Origin: Perna viridis
Taxonomy: Eukaryota
Assembly (NCBI GenBank): GCA_037379345.1
Contig: CM074511.1
Coordinates: 40,616,862 to 40,680,861 of the forward strand
Direction of reading: 5' to 3'
Length of the DNA: 64,000 nucleotides
Positions 50,898 to 63,168 of this stretch are shown piece by piece. The notes beneath the pieces are model-generated. The model worked only from the letters and a program-made list of their open reading frames with translations. It made no database searches and had not been told where the DNA came from. Position numbers and translations under genes: made by a program. Position 1 is the stretch's first letter. Every line of letters starts with the position of its first letter.

Positions 50898-51130
50898 TAC
50901 ATTCCTTACGAGTAAACAAACACATATATAAAGACACATTGATACATTGCTGTTTGTATTATGAGCATTTATAAATTTTAAAAAATTAACGATTAAATTA
51001 CAGAAAACGTTGAGATTAATCTGGCATTAACACTAGGTACATCCACTAAAGTAACGGGATTCCTACCAACTTTAAACACATCATAATCAACAAATAAAAA
51101 TTTGTCGGGATATAAACAACAGTACTTGTA

Positions 51131-51280
51131 TGGGGAAGCTTCCCATTCTATGGTATACGGGGATGGGGAATGGGGAATGGGGGGATTGGGAATGATGGGG
51201 AATTGGGATGGTGTATGTGGGATGGGGAATGGGAATGGTGTATGGGGGATGGGGAGTTTCAATTGGGAGGATAGGGAAAT
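51131..51280. repeat. G-rich (GGGGAAT/GGGAT)n low-complexity tract
   Basis: More than ten G3-G5 runs separated by 2-10 nt. Confidence 0.8.
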
Positions 51281-51501
51281 GAGTCTTGAAATATTTATTG
51301 ACATGACAAATTGTGTAAATATTAATAACTTATAATAGCTAAAAAGTTGAAGATGTAAAAATATAAAATTAAATTTAATAGTTAGATATCGGTTAAAAAA
51401 ATATGCAATGGGGCTTGTAGGGGGGGGGGTGGACAAACCAAAAAAGCTTTTTGACTTATACAAATCTGTTGTCTTTCCGTCCACTCTTCATGGTTGTGAA
51501 A

Positions 51502-51572
51502 GAGTAATCAAGGGAACCAAGGTTATAGCGGTAACCAAAAGAATGTAATCCAGGGACAAAGACCAGACAACA
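51502..51572 (-). mobile_element. Short 3'-end copy of the Penelope-like element
   Basis: GAGTAATCAAGGGAACCAAGGTTATAGCGGTAACCAAAAGAATGTAATCCAGGGACAAAGACCAGAC. Confidence 0.8.
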
Positions 51573-52802
51573 AAAACACGTCCACCACACTGGACAAATA
51601 TGTTGTGAAGTATAGAACAATTTGAAAACTGAAATTAAAGACATCAGCGTGATCCGACACGTGCGAGAGCATCGCGGACTTACATCCTATAGGTAGCCAA
51701 ATAGGCAAAAGAAAACTATTATTTCTACAGAAGCTTTGTATGTTGGACGTTAGTCGAGAAGTACCTCACAAAATCATATATTGCTCGATTCTGGGATATA
51801 TTTGGTAATTTGATAAGCAATGGCAATACCGTGTAAAAATATATATAAAATCATCACAAGATAACCATGTAGATATTGACTCGGAAATATATGATAATTG
51901 TATGAAAGACATATAATGATCAGATGTAAATAATCTATCGTAGAATAGGCATATGTATATTTGATTAATAAGAATACTGTATTACTCTTTGGGCAATAAT
52001 TAGACAAGTTTAAAAGTCATAATAAAAAGAACGCAACTTAAATGGGGAAAGACAATTCTGGTCTAGACTCTACACAGTCTAGACAAAATTATATTGAAAG
52101 GTGTGAAGTCTTTTTAAGTCAAATCTTCAAAACAAAATACACTTACTTGCCAATATCATTTGTTTTGTTGAGTGATGTTGTCTCATTTTTTAACATCTGT
52201 ATTAAAATAACGAGTGTGAATGTAAAAGTCTTTGTACTTTTTTATTGTTTGACACAATATACTTGAACATTAGAAATATATACTAGCTGTAGCAGGTCAA
52301 TTTCATGTATCTTAAACAAAAAAATATGTCTCCAGGGGACACAATTCAGTTGTTTATAAACACAAGGCCACATATGGTGTAGTTTCTGGCAATCATTTAT
52401 GGGACTCTGACTTACGTTTTAAAGCCATAACAGTAAGTATTTGTCCGTTCACTAAAAAAATATTATTTACATCTACGCTGAATTTCCAATAACATTCAAA
52501 CGCTATATATATCTCTAATTAGAAAAAAAGCAAATCTTTCCTTTAAAATCGTAATCTCTGCTAACTTGAAATTTTAATACCTTTCATATCAAAAAATGTT
52601 CTTAAAAGGATATTACTTAAAAGGGTAATACCACTCCAATAGCAGTTATTAATAAGGTGTTGATATTTGTATGAGTCGAATGAAATTTACCACGAGACTC
52701 TACTGGTTAGTGTAGTTGAAGGCGTGAATGGGAATATTTCTAAAACTTAACCGTTTTTGGAAGTAAACAACGTGGGTTCACTTTGATATACACATTGTTT
52801 TA

Positions 52803-52810
52803 TATATAAG
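52803..52810 (+). promoter_or_regulatory. TATA box of ankyrin gene 3
   Basis: TATATAAG at the position paralogous to 29823. Confidence 0.6.
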
Positions 52811-52853
52811 CTTGAACATTTCATGATTTTTGCCAAATTTATGTTTATCAAAG

Positions 52854-53219
52854 ATGGTTTACCAGTTAATCAGAAAGATAAACACTCATTCTAAGAACCA
52901 AACCAAAACAAAGGAAGAGGTTGAGGATTTGATCTATGCAATCCGGATTCGAATACATCAACTGGCTAAAATTCTTATTGAAGGTGGAACTAATATCAAC
53001 CAAACCTTTGAAGGATTAACACCTATGATGGAGGTTTGTCTCTCTTCTGATTCAAGTGAAAACAAATGCAAAATTGTCCTTTTACTTCTGCAACATGGAT
53101 ACGATTTAAATGTTCGAGACCGATACAAACTAACAGCGCTTTGTCACGCTCATATTGGAGGATGTAAGAAAGTAATTGAAATCTTACAGGAAGAAAGAAA
53201 AAGACGATCGAGTAGATGA
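52854..53219 (+). CDS. Small single-exon ankyrin-repeat protein, 121 aa, paralogue 3 (recent duplicate of paralogue 1)
   Basis: Intact ORF colinear with 29874-30239, no indels; about 23 amino-acid-changing vs 10 silent codon differences by hand count. Confidence 0.75.
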   Translation: MVYQLIRKINTHSKNQTKTKEEVEDLIYAIRIRIHQLAKILIEGGTNINQTFEGLTPMMEVCLSSDSSENKCKIVLLLLQHGYDLNVRDRYKLTALCHAHIGGCKKVIEILQEERKRRSSR

Positions 53220-53564
53220 ACAAGTGTTATCGCAAATACTTTGCTTTGACGTATCCTGCCCTTAGCTGAGTTACAATTTTAGGATAAGTTCTGCCTTGAT
53301 GTAAAAGTTAGAAATAATTTTCAATTCATCAATTACAGGAGTTTCAAATATTTGTGAAGTTTAAGGGACAAAACCGCAGAGAAACAGTAAAAAAACTTAT
53401 TGAAAAGTTTAGGATAAGTGATGCAATGATGTGAAAGTTATTATTAATTTTCAATTCATCAATTATAGGTGCAAATGTTTGCGAAGTTTAAGGGGCTTAA
53501 AATTTGGGAGACAGTGCAAATAACTTATACAAAATGTTATTGAAACTTTTTGTCATTATCGTAT

Positions 53565-54435
53565 AGTATAATACTGTTAAGAAATTGTATGTCTATTTCC
53601 GTATTTAAATTGCATCAGTCCATAAAATGCTATATAGACCGGCTGGGAATTATATTGGTCAGTTAGCAGTGGCTTATTTTCATTGACAGTCTCGTTTCGC
53701 ATTCCATTCCGTTTTTTTTTATTTTCAATCAAAACAAAAAATGTCGTCTGGCAGATTTGCTTCGTTAGACAAAGATGCATTGAAGGCTATACAGAAGTCA
53801 AAATGATACAGTACAGTAGAGGACCTTTTTGAATGAAGCTTGTTAACTGGCAAAGTATGATATAGCAAATAGTTAATTGTACGGTGGGTCAAATGGCATT
53901 ATATGGACTGGTATTTCGCCCTTAAAAATTATACGGACCTCAGCTGCGCTTCGGTCCATTATTTTAGTTTTTAAGGGACGACATACAAGTCCATATAATG
54001 TCATATGACCCTCCGTACAATTAACTATTTGCTAATTAAGTACCAGTCTTTATAAAATTCAGACACTGTCCAAATTAAAGCGATTCATGATGAAGAAAAA
54101 CCCTGCAAACAAACAATGCTTTTTCAATCTACATATGCTTTATTTTTACGTAACAGTTGTCATTTCCCTATACAGATCTGTACTTTTGAGAAAACATACA
54201 TTTATCTCTCACTAAAATCAACCAAATCAAAAAAGACACCTCTTGTAAAGTGCCAATTTCATGTACAATCTATATTGTATAAATAAATCTCAAAAGTGCA
54301 AGCCCCAAATGAAAACTCAAGACTGGTTATGCAATCTATATCAGATTCCGAACAAGAAATAAAAGTAAATTTGATGCATTTTTGACTTGCATGAATCACT
54401 TCTAGTCTGATTTTGATAATTTAAAACGGATACTT
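53565..54435 (+). mobile_element. Crypton-derived insertion in the 3' UTR of ankyrin gene 3
   Basis: Absent from the paralogous UTR (~30445); contains MSSGRFASLDKDALKAIQKSK*YS at 53741, similar to GRFKTLTNQELKDIEQNKYS of the Crypton at ~44872. Confidence 0.55.
53863..54034. mobile_element. 172-bp palindromic MITE (non-autonomous Crypton-type hairpin)
   Basis: TAGCAAATAGTTAATTGTACGG...GGACCTCAGCTGCGCTTCGGTCC...CCGTACAATTAACTATTTGCTA, self-complementary over its whole length. Confidence 0.8.
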
Positions 54436-55181
54436 CATCATTGATTTACAAAAAATAAAAATTTGTATGTGATTTATTCTAGTGTTATTTTTTGTGCTTT
54501 ATTTTTGTTGTTTTTAGTTTTTTTGTTTGCATAAAAAGATTGTTAGTAACTTTTTATGATCATTTTTCACAAACAGTTATAACATTATGATTCAATCATC
54601 TATGAACTAATTGTCCAAATGTTCTAAATTGTACATAAGGCATAAGTTTAAATATATGTTAAGTGAAATCTTGGAAGATAAGAAGAAACGGAATCCACTT
54701 GGGTGAGCAACGCCCTGCTAAGTTCAGATCAAACTTATTTATAATACACTTTTGCTGGTCTAAATTATAACCTAGTTTTTACTTGGCCGAATAAAATCCG
54801 AAGCAATATTGACATCATTTGACATATTCAAACTGTGCGTAGCGTTAATAGACGTATTGTAAATATCCTCGAAATATACTAAACTTTAGCAATTTTGGAG
54901 GAATTCAACCGCAAAAGCAACTCGAGGAGAATATTTCATTTCCACCCGACAACTGCATGTTTTCTCCTCTCGAAATACGTAATTGAGGGCCATGGTATTT
55001 TATATAGCTTTTAATATAAGACAAAAGAAAACGCCGTTTTTCATTTAAAACTACTGTACAAAAAAGCAGTTCAATTTGAATAAAACATATGATGTTATTT
55101 GTGGGAAAACCTCCATCAAAACGTAATTAATGTTATTCTAGCCTAAGCATACGTAAATGTTAACGATAATACAAGGAATAA

Positions 55182-55184
<3 letters not shown>

Positions 55185-55229
<45 letters not shown>
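55185..55229. repeat. (TA)n microsatellite
   Basis: Directly visible; only (TA)4 at the paralogous site ~31150. Confidence 0.95.
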
Positions 55230-55232
<3 letters not shown>

Positions 55233-55497
55233 TCAAGTCGTTGTAATTTATACTTTACGACTAAATTACCAATAATTACTTCAGATCACATTTACTCACA
55301 TTACCATATTTCGTTACAACACAAAGTAAAGATATATGCTCGATAAATAAAGTGCTCCTAGATCTTTTATAAATATTTTGTATTCATCTAAATGTCTGAG
55401 TAAATAACAAATTCATTATGAACCAACACAACTTATTACTTGTACATTAATTGAATATGTAACTCTTTTGAATGTTAGAATAATCAGACATGCTAAG

Positions 55498-55643
55498 GAG
55501 TAATCAAGGGAACCAAAATTCTAGCGGAAATCGAAAGAATGTAATCCAGGGACAAGACATGGAAAACAGACACACACAACAAAGAACATAAAATAACTAA
55601 AATAATACATACAAAGTAACAAAAGTAAATGAGTAACTACGAC
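55498..55643 (-). mobile_element. 5'-truncated copy of the Penelope-like 3' UTR
   Basis: Starts GAGTAATCAAGGGAACC; absent at the paralogous site ~31400. Confidence 0.8.
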
Positions 55644-56579
55644 ATCATATTTGTGACTGTTGATATCCGGATATTTTGGGATATATTTGGGATCTATTTT
55701 TTTGTCTAAAAGATTATAAAGGTTGGATTTTTATTATTATGATCATGATGATCATCATCAAATTTCCTTAGTGTTATGATACCAAGACTTTTATATATCA
55801 TAAATGTAACTTCTCTTCTGTGTTGAATACTGATTTGTTTCCATGTGGTAATTCTTTGCTGCCTGCTTGTATAATTGCATACTGGAAACAATAAACAATA
55901 ATTATTCCATTTTAATTAACATTGGCCGTTTTCGTGCTTTATAATTGGTTGTTCACCTTTTACAACCTCAGCGATAATCACAACAGTGTAAATTCAATGT
56001 ACATATCGTAGACAACATGGCTACCATGGCTTCGACAAAAGATAGAACCGTTTAGAAGTGGAAAACGTTATTATCTGCTTTATTCCATTCATTTTCGATA
56101 TTGTTATTTAACACAACAATTTTTAAATGATTATAGTTAACAGTAGTACTTTGAATATTGAAATTGACAACCACTTCACGTTTTCTGTTAAATGCCGCCA
56201 TTTGCAATGTCAATTTCTGTTATCCAGAGAGTCTATAAGTAAAACAATAATAATATATTTCAGAAGGCTAAACAATATTTATTTACAATTTAAGGATGTG
56301 TAAAGTCGGGACATTCACTAACACATCTAGCATAAAAGTCCTTCGGACATTTATTACTTTTTTGAGTGAACGGATCTAGAAAAAAGCGTGTTTAATTCTA
56401 ATATGCAAACACGAGCTTTACTGCATTATATAAACTGCATTTACCCATTATTGTCATTGGAAATGTCTATACAAAGTCAGGACTATCGCGGTTGTTTTCA
56501 ACTTTTCGGTTTTGATCTAGTTTTGCCTTTTGTATACGGACTTTCCTTTTAACTATTCCGTTTTACTATTGCCTAGCTT

Positions 56580-56761
56580 CTTACCCTACCGGTGCACCTG
56601 GTCCATGCTCCCAGTTTTCAGTGAAGTCCGAGTTGCTCATTTGCTTTTGTTACTTTGTACGTATGATTTTAGTTACTTTATGTTTGTTGTTGTGTATGTC
56701 TGTTTTTCATATCTGGTCTTTGTCCCTGAATTACATTCCTTTGATTACCGCTATAACCTTG
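56580..56761 (+). mobile_element. 5'-truncated copy of the Penelope-like 3' UTR (opposite orientation)
   Basis: CTTACCCTACCGGTGCACCTGGTCCATGCTCCCAGTTTTCAGTGAAGTCCGAGTTGCTCA...GATTACCGCTATAACCTTG. Confidence 0.8.
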
Positions 56762-58390
56762 TAATTCCTGGCATGGATTTGTTTAATGTTAAATGTTTCA
56801 AAGTTTAGTGGTCTATAGCCCTTATATAAAAACAATGGTCGCAATTTCTACAATTGTTCGACCACTGTTTACCACATATCGAATATCAAATTGAACAGCC
56901 CGGACTATTTACCTACCGACTAATTGTACTAGAAGAATCCCTTCCAATTTAACAATTAATTGAAGGAATTCGTGTTTTTTATATACATACTATTTTTTAA
57001 CTTTATCATTTTTGGTTGGGCTAACCTGTTCTAACCCGTACCATCCCTTTTTATTAATACCACGCCTGTCCTTAGTTCCATGCAAATATTGTTTTTCGGT
57101 GAAATCATTATTTCAATAAAGAGTCGAAATAAACAAATAGATATGCAAGGTTTGAATCTAATGTCAATAAAACATAAAATATTGCTTATAAGTAAAGATT
57201 TTATCAGTTCGATGATTTTTTTAATACCCTTAATATAGGGATACCTTCCCCAGACATTAGCGGCTCGATAATGAAATATAAGGGAAATAGGCCTTATACT
57301 TTTATATAGCAGTCAAATTTGTCAGATTGAAAAAAGTCAATATTAAAAATAAATGAAACATTTCAAAATACTTTTACAAATTCTCTTTTTATAGAAAAAA
57401 ATCTACAATACAATCTCCATCTTTAATCCCTATTCAAAGAATTACGTTCCAGAACTTCCATTTATGTCATTTTTATCCCTTGTTTTAAGTACGAAACTAA
57501 ATAAGACGATGGAGGCTAGCTCGTACTATTCAAGTAATTTCTCTTGCTGGTTTCATGTTTAGTTATTTTCCATAACAAGTAAAACTACAGTTAGTGTATT
57601 TTCTAAAAAAAAATAAAACGATAGATGGAACGTCGATGTTTTAACCCTTAAAACCTAAAAAAAACCCAAATTGTAGGATTCAGAAAGACGTATATATGAC
57701 ATGAATAATGACCTCACAATGTGTCTTTCTATTCTATCATTAAGTCATTGCTTAATTGTGAAATCCGCCTCCGATCTTGTAAGAATGCCAAAATTGTTCA
57801 TTTGAAAGGATAATAACTAAATGGAAACATCAATTTGGTACATTCATTAATCTCAACATTTTCTTCACCTTAATGGTCACCATACAAAGTAAGCAGCGTA
57901 ACAAAATGCAACTGTTACAGTACTTTTGATAGAACAGCTTTTCAGTAAAACACATACTTATGACGTTAATATTTGCTCACAGTTAATTAAATAATCTTTG
58001 TCTAACGGCACATTTAGATACCAAATAGAACTTCTGACTAGGTACTTATACATTTTATCTGATCTAATATAAAACTTTTTTTTTCAATTGTATAGAATCT
58101 AGAAAATTTATACATGTATCTGGGAATAAGTCTACAAAATTACTATGACAATTTGTACATTGATAAAACCTAAGATATCTATCAATATTGTTGACCACCT
58201 ATTAAACACAGATTTATACGTGAATAATTTAAATATTTCAAACAAATCATATATTTTTACCTGCAGTAAAAATGCTTCAAAACATCCCAACATAACCATA
58301 AATTAATCACACTTAGGCAACATTTCTGACATTACATCCCGGTTCCGACCACGCGTAGTTGCCCTTTCTCAGTCCGCAGTGTACTAATAG

Positions 58391-61300
58391 ATATAATCGG
58401 ATAATTAACATACGTACCTAACGTTCTTACTCAACGAAGAATCTCAGAAGAGTCAGTATTTTAATTATTGTTATCTCCCTTATCTCAAGTTTTGTTATAT
58501 ACTGTAACAGTTAAGATTCAAACAATGAATACGTAAGGTTTGAAAAAAGAAATTAAACAATTTGGTGTTTAGCATTGTATAGCAAACGTGAATTATATGC
58601 ATATTTTGGTCCAGGGAAAGGGTTTTCTTTTGTGTAAACCTCTGGACCAACCACTTGTTTGGCTAATTCTTAATTATAAGCATGATAATTCAGTGACCAT
58701 AAAAATGATAGAATTATAGTTTAGAATGGATTGACAGTTTATTTTCAAATGTTTAAGTCATAGCTTATTTGACGAAATATACAGCTGACAAAACATTAAA
58801 ATAAATGTAGATACAAGTTAGACTGAATAAAATGTGTCGGTATAGTAAAGAAAAAAATGCTCATGACAGACCATTTTATCGAATTCATTGAAAAGGCAAG
58901 TGTTTGAAATGAAAACGATATTGATAACTGTTCATGTCATCGCGAAATATATAAACCGATTTGAGTTACACATAGCACAGGTTAAGAATATTCTTTGACA
59001 TATGTATGTGAAAGATTTATTTTATTTAATTTGCATACTAGTTGCTCAGTGGTTATTGTTTTATTATTCCCTATTTATAGCTATACTCCACATCCTCGCT
59101 TTTCCAATACTGTATGTAAGATATTCTACATCTTTTTTTTTCAAATTCTAACAGTACAAGAAAACTTGCATTGTGATTCTGATTATTCTTTTCGTTCTTT
59201 TCTTGTTTACCATGTTGTCAAATTTTGTCGGTATATTGGGGGTTGTAGTTTTCAGCTGAATTTCGATAAATTATCTTTAATGATTTATTGTTTTAATCGT
59301 ATTTACATGTTTTATAAAGATGGGAAAATAACTATTGTTCTGGTAGCATTTTTCTTTTATTCTGGTTAAAAGTATCTCTCTGCAAATAGAATAGCATCAA
59401 TATGCTGAATACGAAAATTGGTCTGAATCTAAATAATATAATTAGCAATACGAACAGTTGTTTTCAAGACTATTCACGTGCGTAATTCTCAAGGTTGAAA
59501 CACGGGGATTTGCTCCCGCTATCAAATATGCAGCCCAACTATATTTACCATATAACCTATACAAGGGAGATTCCCAATTTTGGCCGCCTCGCTTCAACTC
59601 CATTTTTGTTCCAGTAAAATCGAATATATCACTAATTACAGCTCAGCAATTACTTAGGAAATAATGCATCTGAACATAGGTATCACCAACATATACTACT
59701 ATTGAATTCAACGCAATAATTGAAAGATTCTAAATCAAAATTCTACAATTTGAACAAAAGTGAAACTATCGCAACCTTGACATCGCTAGACAGACAATCA
59801 AAAGCGCAGGGAAATTGTATTACTAGTGTAATCGCAAATAAGTACTTTTCCGTCTAATCAGGGGAAATGGGAATAAATTGTGATACATGAAGAAAAAACA
59901 TAGGGATTTTATTGCATTATCCAAGTATTTATACCTCATAACCCCAAAAGTTTGTCTTTGTAAGATATTTATAGGCCAATTTAATTGAAATGCACCATGT
60001 GGAAAAAAAGTGTTAGGAAAGATTTTCCACATATTTTCACAGGTTTTAGCGGTAATCAAAAGAATGTAATCCAGGGACAAAGACCAGATATGGAAAACAG
60101 ACATACACAATAAAGAACATAAAGTAATTAAATTCATACATACAAAGTAACGAAAGCAAGTGAGTAACTCGGACTCCACTAAAAACTGGGAGCATGGACC
60201 AGGTGCACCTGTAGGGTAAGCGTCCTCTGCTTTTCTAGAAATACCCGCCGAGTTTCTCATAAAAAGTCAAGTCCGGGGTAGACAAACGAGGAAAGGAAAA
60301 CTATGACCCGTTGATTAAATCAGTTTTCATGGTGCAGATGGATACACCATAACGATCCACGAGTTCATGATGACGACCATAAAACTTCTTTAGGGGTGAC
60401 TTCAATCTTTTAGTAACATAACCCTGTTCCAGAAGCCTATTTGTTAGAGTTCTAGCGCGATACAAAACGTCTGCGTAGTTTCGGCAAGCTCTGGCATAAC
60501 GTATGAGTTGTGATATGAACACTCCATACGCAGGTGTTAAAGTGATGCTGTCACAGTTGAAAGGAAAATTGACAATTCTGAATGAAAAGTCATCACGTTT
60601 GTCGTAAAGTTTGGTCAATAGTTTTCCTTTACCATTCATTTCTAAGTGTAGGTCAAGATATGATGCTCACTTCACAGTGTCTGTACTATCCTTTATCTCA
60701 AGTTCTTTTGGGTAGATGCGATGTATGAAATCCCCGAAATTAGAATTGTTTAAAGATAATACGTCATCTATATAGCGGAAACTGAGATTGAAGGATCTAG
60801 CCAAACGATATTCTTTCTTTCTGATCTGATAAGTTATAAAGTGAGCCTCATAAGAATGAAGGAATAGGTCAGCAAGTAAAGGAGCACAATTTGTTCCCAT
60901 TGGAATGCCGACCGTTTGTTGAAAAACACGTCCACCACACTTGTCGATTAAAAATTCTATATATTTGGAAGACGATTTGGAATTATTTCTTACAAAGTAT
61001 GAGTAATCTCTACCAAGAACTATATATTTGTATCTAGGTGTACCATCTTTTTGGAAAAACAACGATGTATAATGTTTTAAGTCGGGATTTTAACTGAGTA
61101 TGGGGAATAGAAGTATACATTGTTGAAAATCATAGGTTTTAATGCTATTATATTCAGATAATGGTCTTGAACTGATTGTCTCCAAAAGATTTTTCGAATT
61201 TTTCAGGATCCACATTGAATTAATACCACTACGGGAGTAACAAGTGTTGTGGTATAAATGTATTGTATATTTAAAAGGACCAAGTTGAGAAAAATGATGC

Positions 61301-63168
61301 ACCACCCATTGCCTGATTCTTACACAGAATGGTACTGAAGCATTTGTCTAGCGAGGTTGCAGTAGTTTCACTTTCGGTCTTTTTGCTGAGCAATAAATGG
61401 CGATATATTTTATTTTATTGTAAAATAAGAAGTTAAAGCAAGTCACCCCAAATCTGAGATCATCGTAGTATAGGTCATATAAAAGTTGGACTGCATATTC
61501 GATAGTGGGAGCAAGCCCTAGCGGGGCTGCACATTTGAATGTGGTAGAAAGCCCCTTCGGTTGACGAAAACTGTACATATACATATACATGTATGGTCTG
61601 TGATATTTTAATCTCAACTTTAATCCCTACTATACATTTGTTCTAGTCTTTTTTTCTTATATGAAGTGTAACTTTAGTTTTTTTTTTAAATATGTTGATA
61701 TTGATTGTCAACTACATAACATATCACTTTGATGATGATTTGTTTTATAATTTCCAAAAATGTTATCATATAATAACTTGCTTTTGATTTTTTGGAATAT
61801 TTTAAAATTTGGGTTAAACCTTTCAAATTTAACATATTTGATATTTTGTAAGCATACCTCGCGAACTAGTTAAACATAAACCGAAATATACAAATCTGAA
61901 AATAAAATTACCGAAATAAAAGCATACCCCTACCAGTCACGTTATAACTTGCAGACATTAATGAACTCAACAAATAAATGCATTTTCATTTCCAACTTGT
62001 ATTTTCTGACGCCATATTTACATGGGAACAGGAGAATATTTGTTTTTAATTCTTATGTTGACCTCGCATTAATTCACATTCGGAAGAAGCGATTAGGACG
62101 GGAAAAAAGATTGATGAATCTAGTGATATCAAATATCTACGTTATTAACCTGATACATGTATATGGAGGTTCACCACTTAAAACATCTCTGGACAGCGTG
62201 AGGCGGTAACAGATATACCCCCTGCTTTTACAGTTATATTGGTTTTATATGTTTTTGTTATGATTTGTCTTTAGTTTGTCATCGAAGACGAGCTTAATGG
62301 CAACATCATTGCAACTGTTTTTTTTTACCAGACAGAGAATGGTACATTATGCCAATACAACTAATTTTGTTAGTTTTAATATATTTTACATAATAATATA
62401 TATTTTGTCCTTTTGGTATATATGTAGCTCAAGTCACGCTATCACTTCAGTACTAACTACCAGATACAAAAAGTCAGGATCCTCAAACCAATGTATGTTG
62501 TAACTTCGTTTTTAACTTTATGAATAAAGTTTAATGCTATTAAATATTAAGCATAAAATAAATGCTATATATTAGAAAAGAGAGGCACCAACCAGATGAC
62601 AAGCCTAAATCATTGTTATTTTATTATTACTTTTTTTTTTACTAGTAAAACCTCCCCACCAATCCCCGATTAAGGTACAATGTACTTATACAACTTGGTC
62701 AATTTCTTTTAAAATCAATCCCAACTCTTAATTACCACTGCAAATTATTCGTAAAATGTGTAAGGAAGTAATTAGAAATGAAATAAATAGCTGGTGTAAG
62801 TCCTCCCCCATCTGAAAAAGCTGTTCCATGTAAACAAAGTTCTGAGAAAAATCAAACTCATTCAAGATTTTATCCCTTCTTACCATTCACAAAAGTTTAA
62901 ACCCTACCAATGCATGCAAATCACGTAGCATTCGTCTGTTTTGCATTGCACTCGAAAATTACGCAATTTGTAAGCTAACTTATTTGAAGAAACTAACGAA
63001 AGGGAAATAAATCGAATGTACATTTGGGACTTGTTGCGTCAAAAAGGTTCGTATCCTGATCTAGAACTTGTCTATTTCAGGACATTTATGTGAAAAGAAA
63101 GATAATCGGATGTCTTTTTATTACTTTTCACATTACGTCTGTTCGTTAAGGTAGTTATACGATAATCT
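58391..63168. mobile_element. 4.8-kb non-autonomous TIR element with target duplication, carrying inner inverted repeats and a nested Penelope-like RT
   Basis: CTAATAG at 58384-58390 and 63169-63175, single copy at the paralogous site ~41578; imperfect TIR (AG)ATATAATCGGATAATTA / TAGTTATACGATAATCT(CT); inner inverted repeats ~59505-59790 and ~61345-61530. Confidence 0.75.
60041..61255 (-). pseudogene. 5'-truncated Penelope-like element (Naiad-type) reverse transcriptase with 3' UTR
   Basis: TYDF, QQTVGIPMGTNCAPLLADLFL, FRYIDDVLSLNN, IYPKELEIK, SYLDL, LYDKRDDF, YGVFISQLIRYARAC; ORF ends at 60301 with no C-terminal GIY-YIG; frameshifts, deletions and one in-frame TGA. Confidence 0.8.

Noticed and set aside
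50993-51484. Pro-rich and Gly-rich ORFs (50993-51484 -, 51102-51335 +) as shell or byssus proteins
   Set aside because: By-products of the G-rich simple repeat; non-ATG starts and no signal peptide
59823-60260. 145-aa ORF downstream of the RT
   Set aside because: It runs through the non-coding 3' UTR repeat into unrelated flank; the frame is not conserved in other copies
60667-60669. In-frame TGA in the Penelope RT as selenocysteine (known in some Naiads)
   Set aside because: It appears to fall at a Ser position (xSASYLDL, TCA>TGA), the copy has other disabling lesions, and no clear SECIS is visible; the family consensus would settle it
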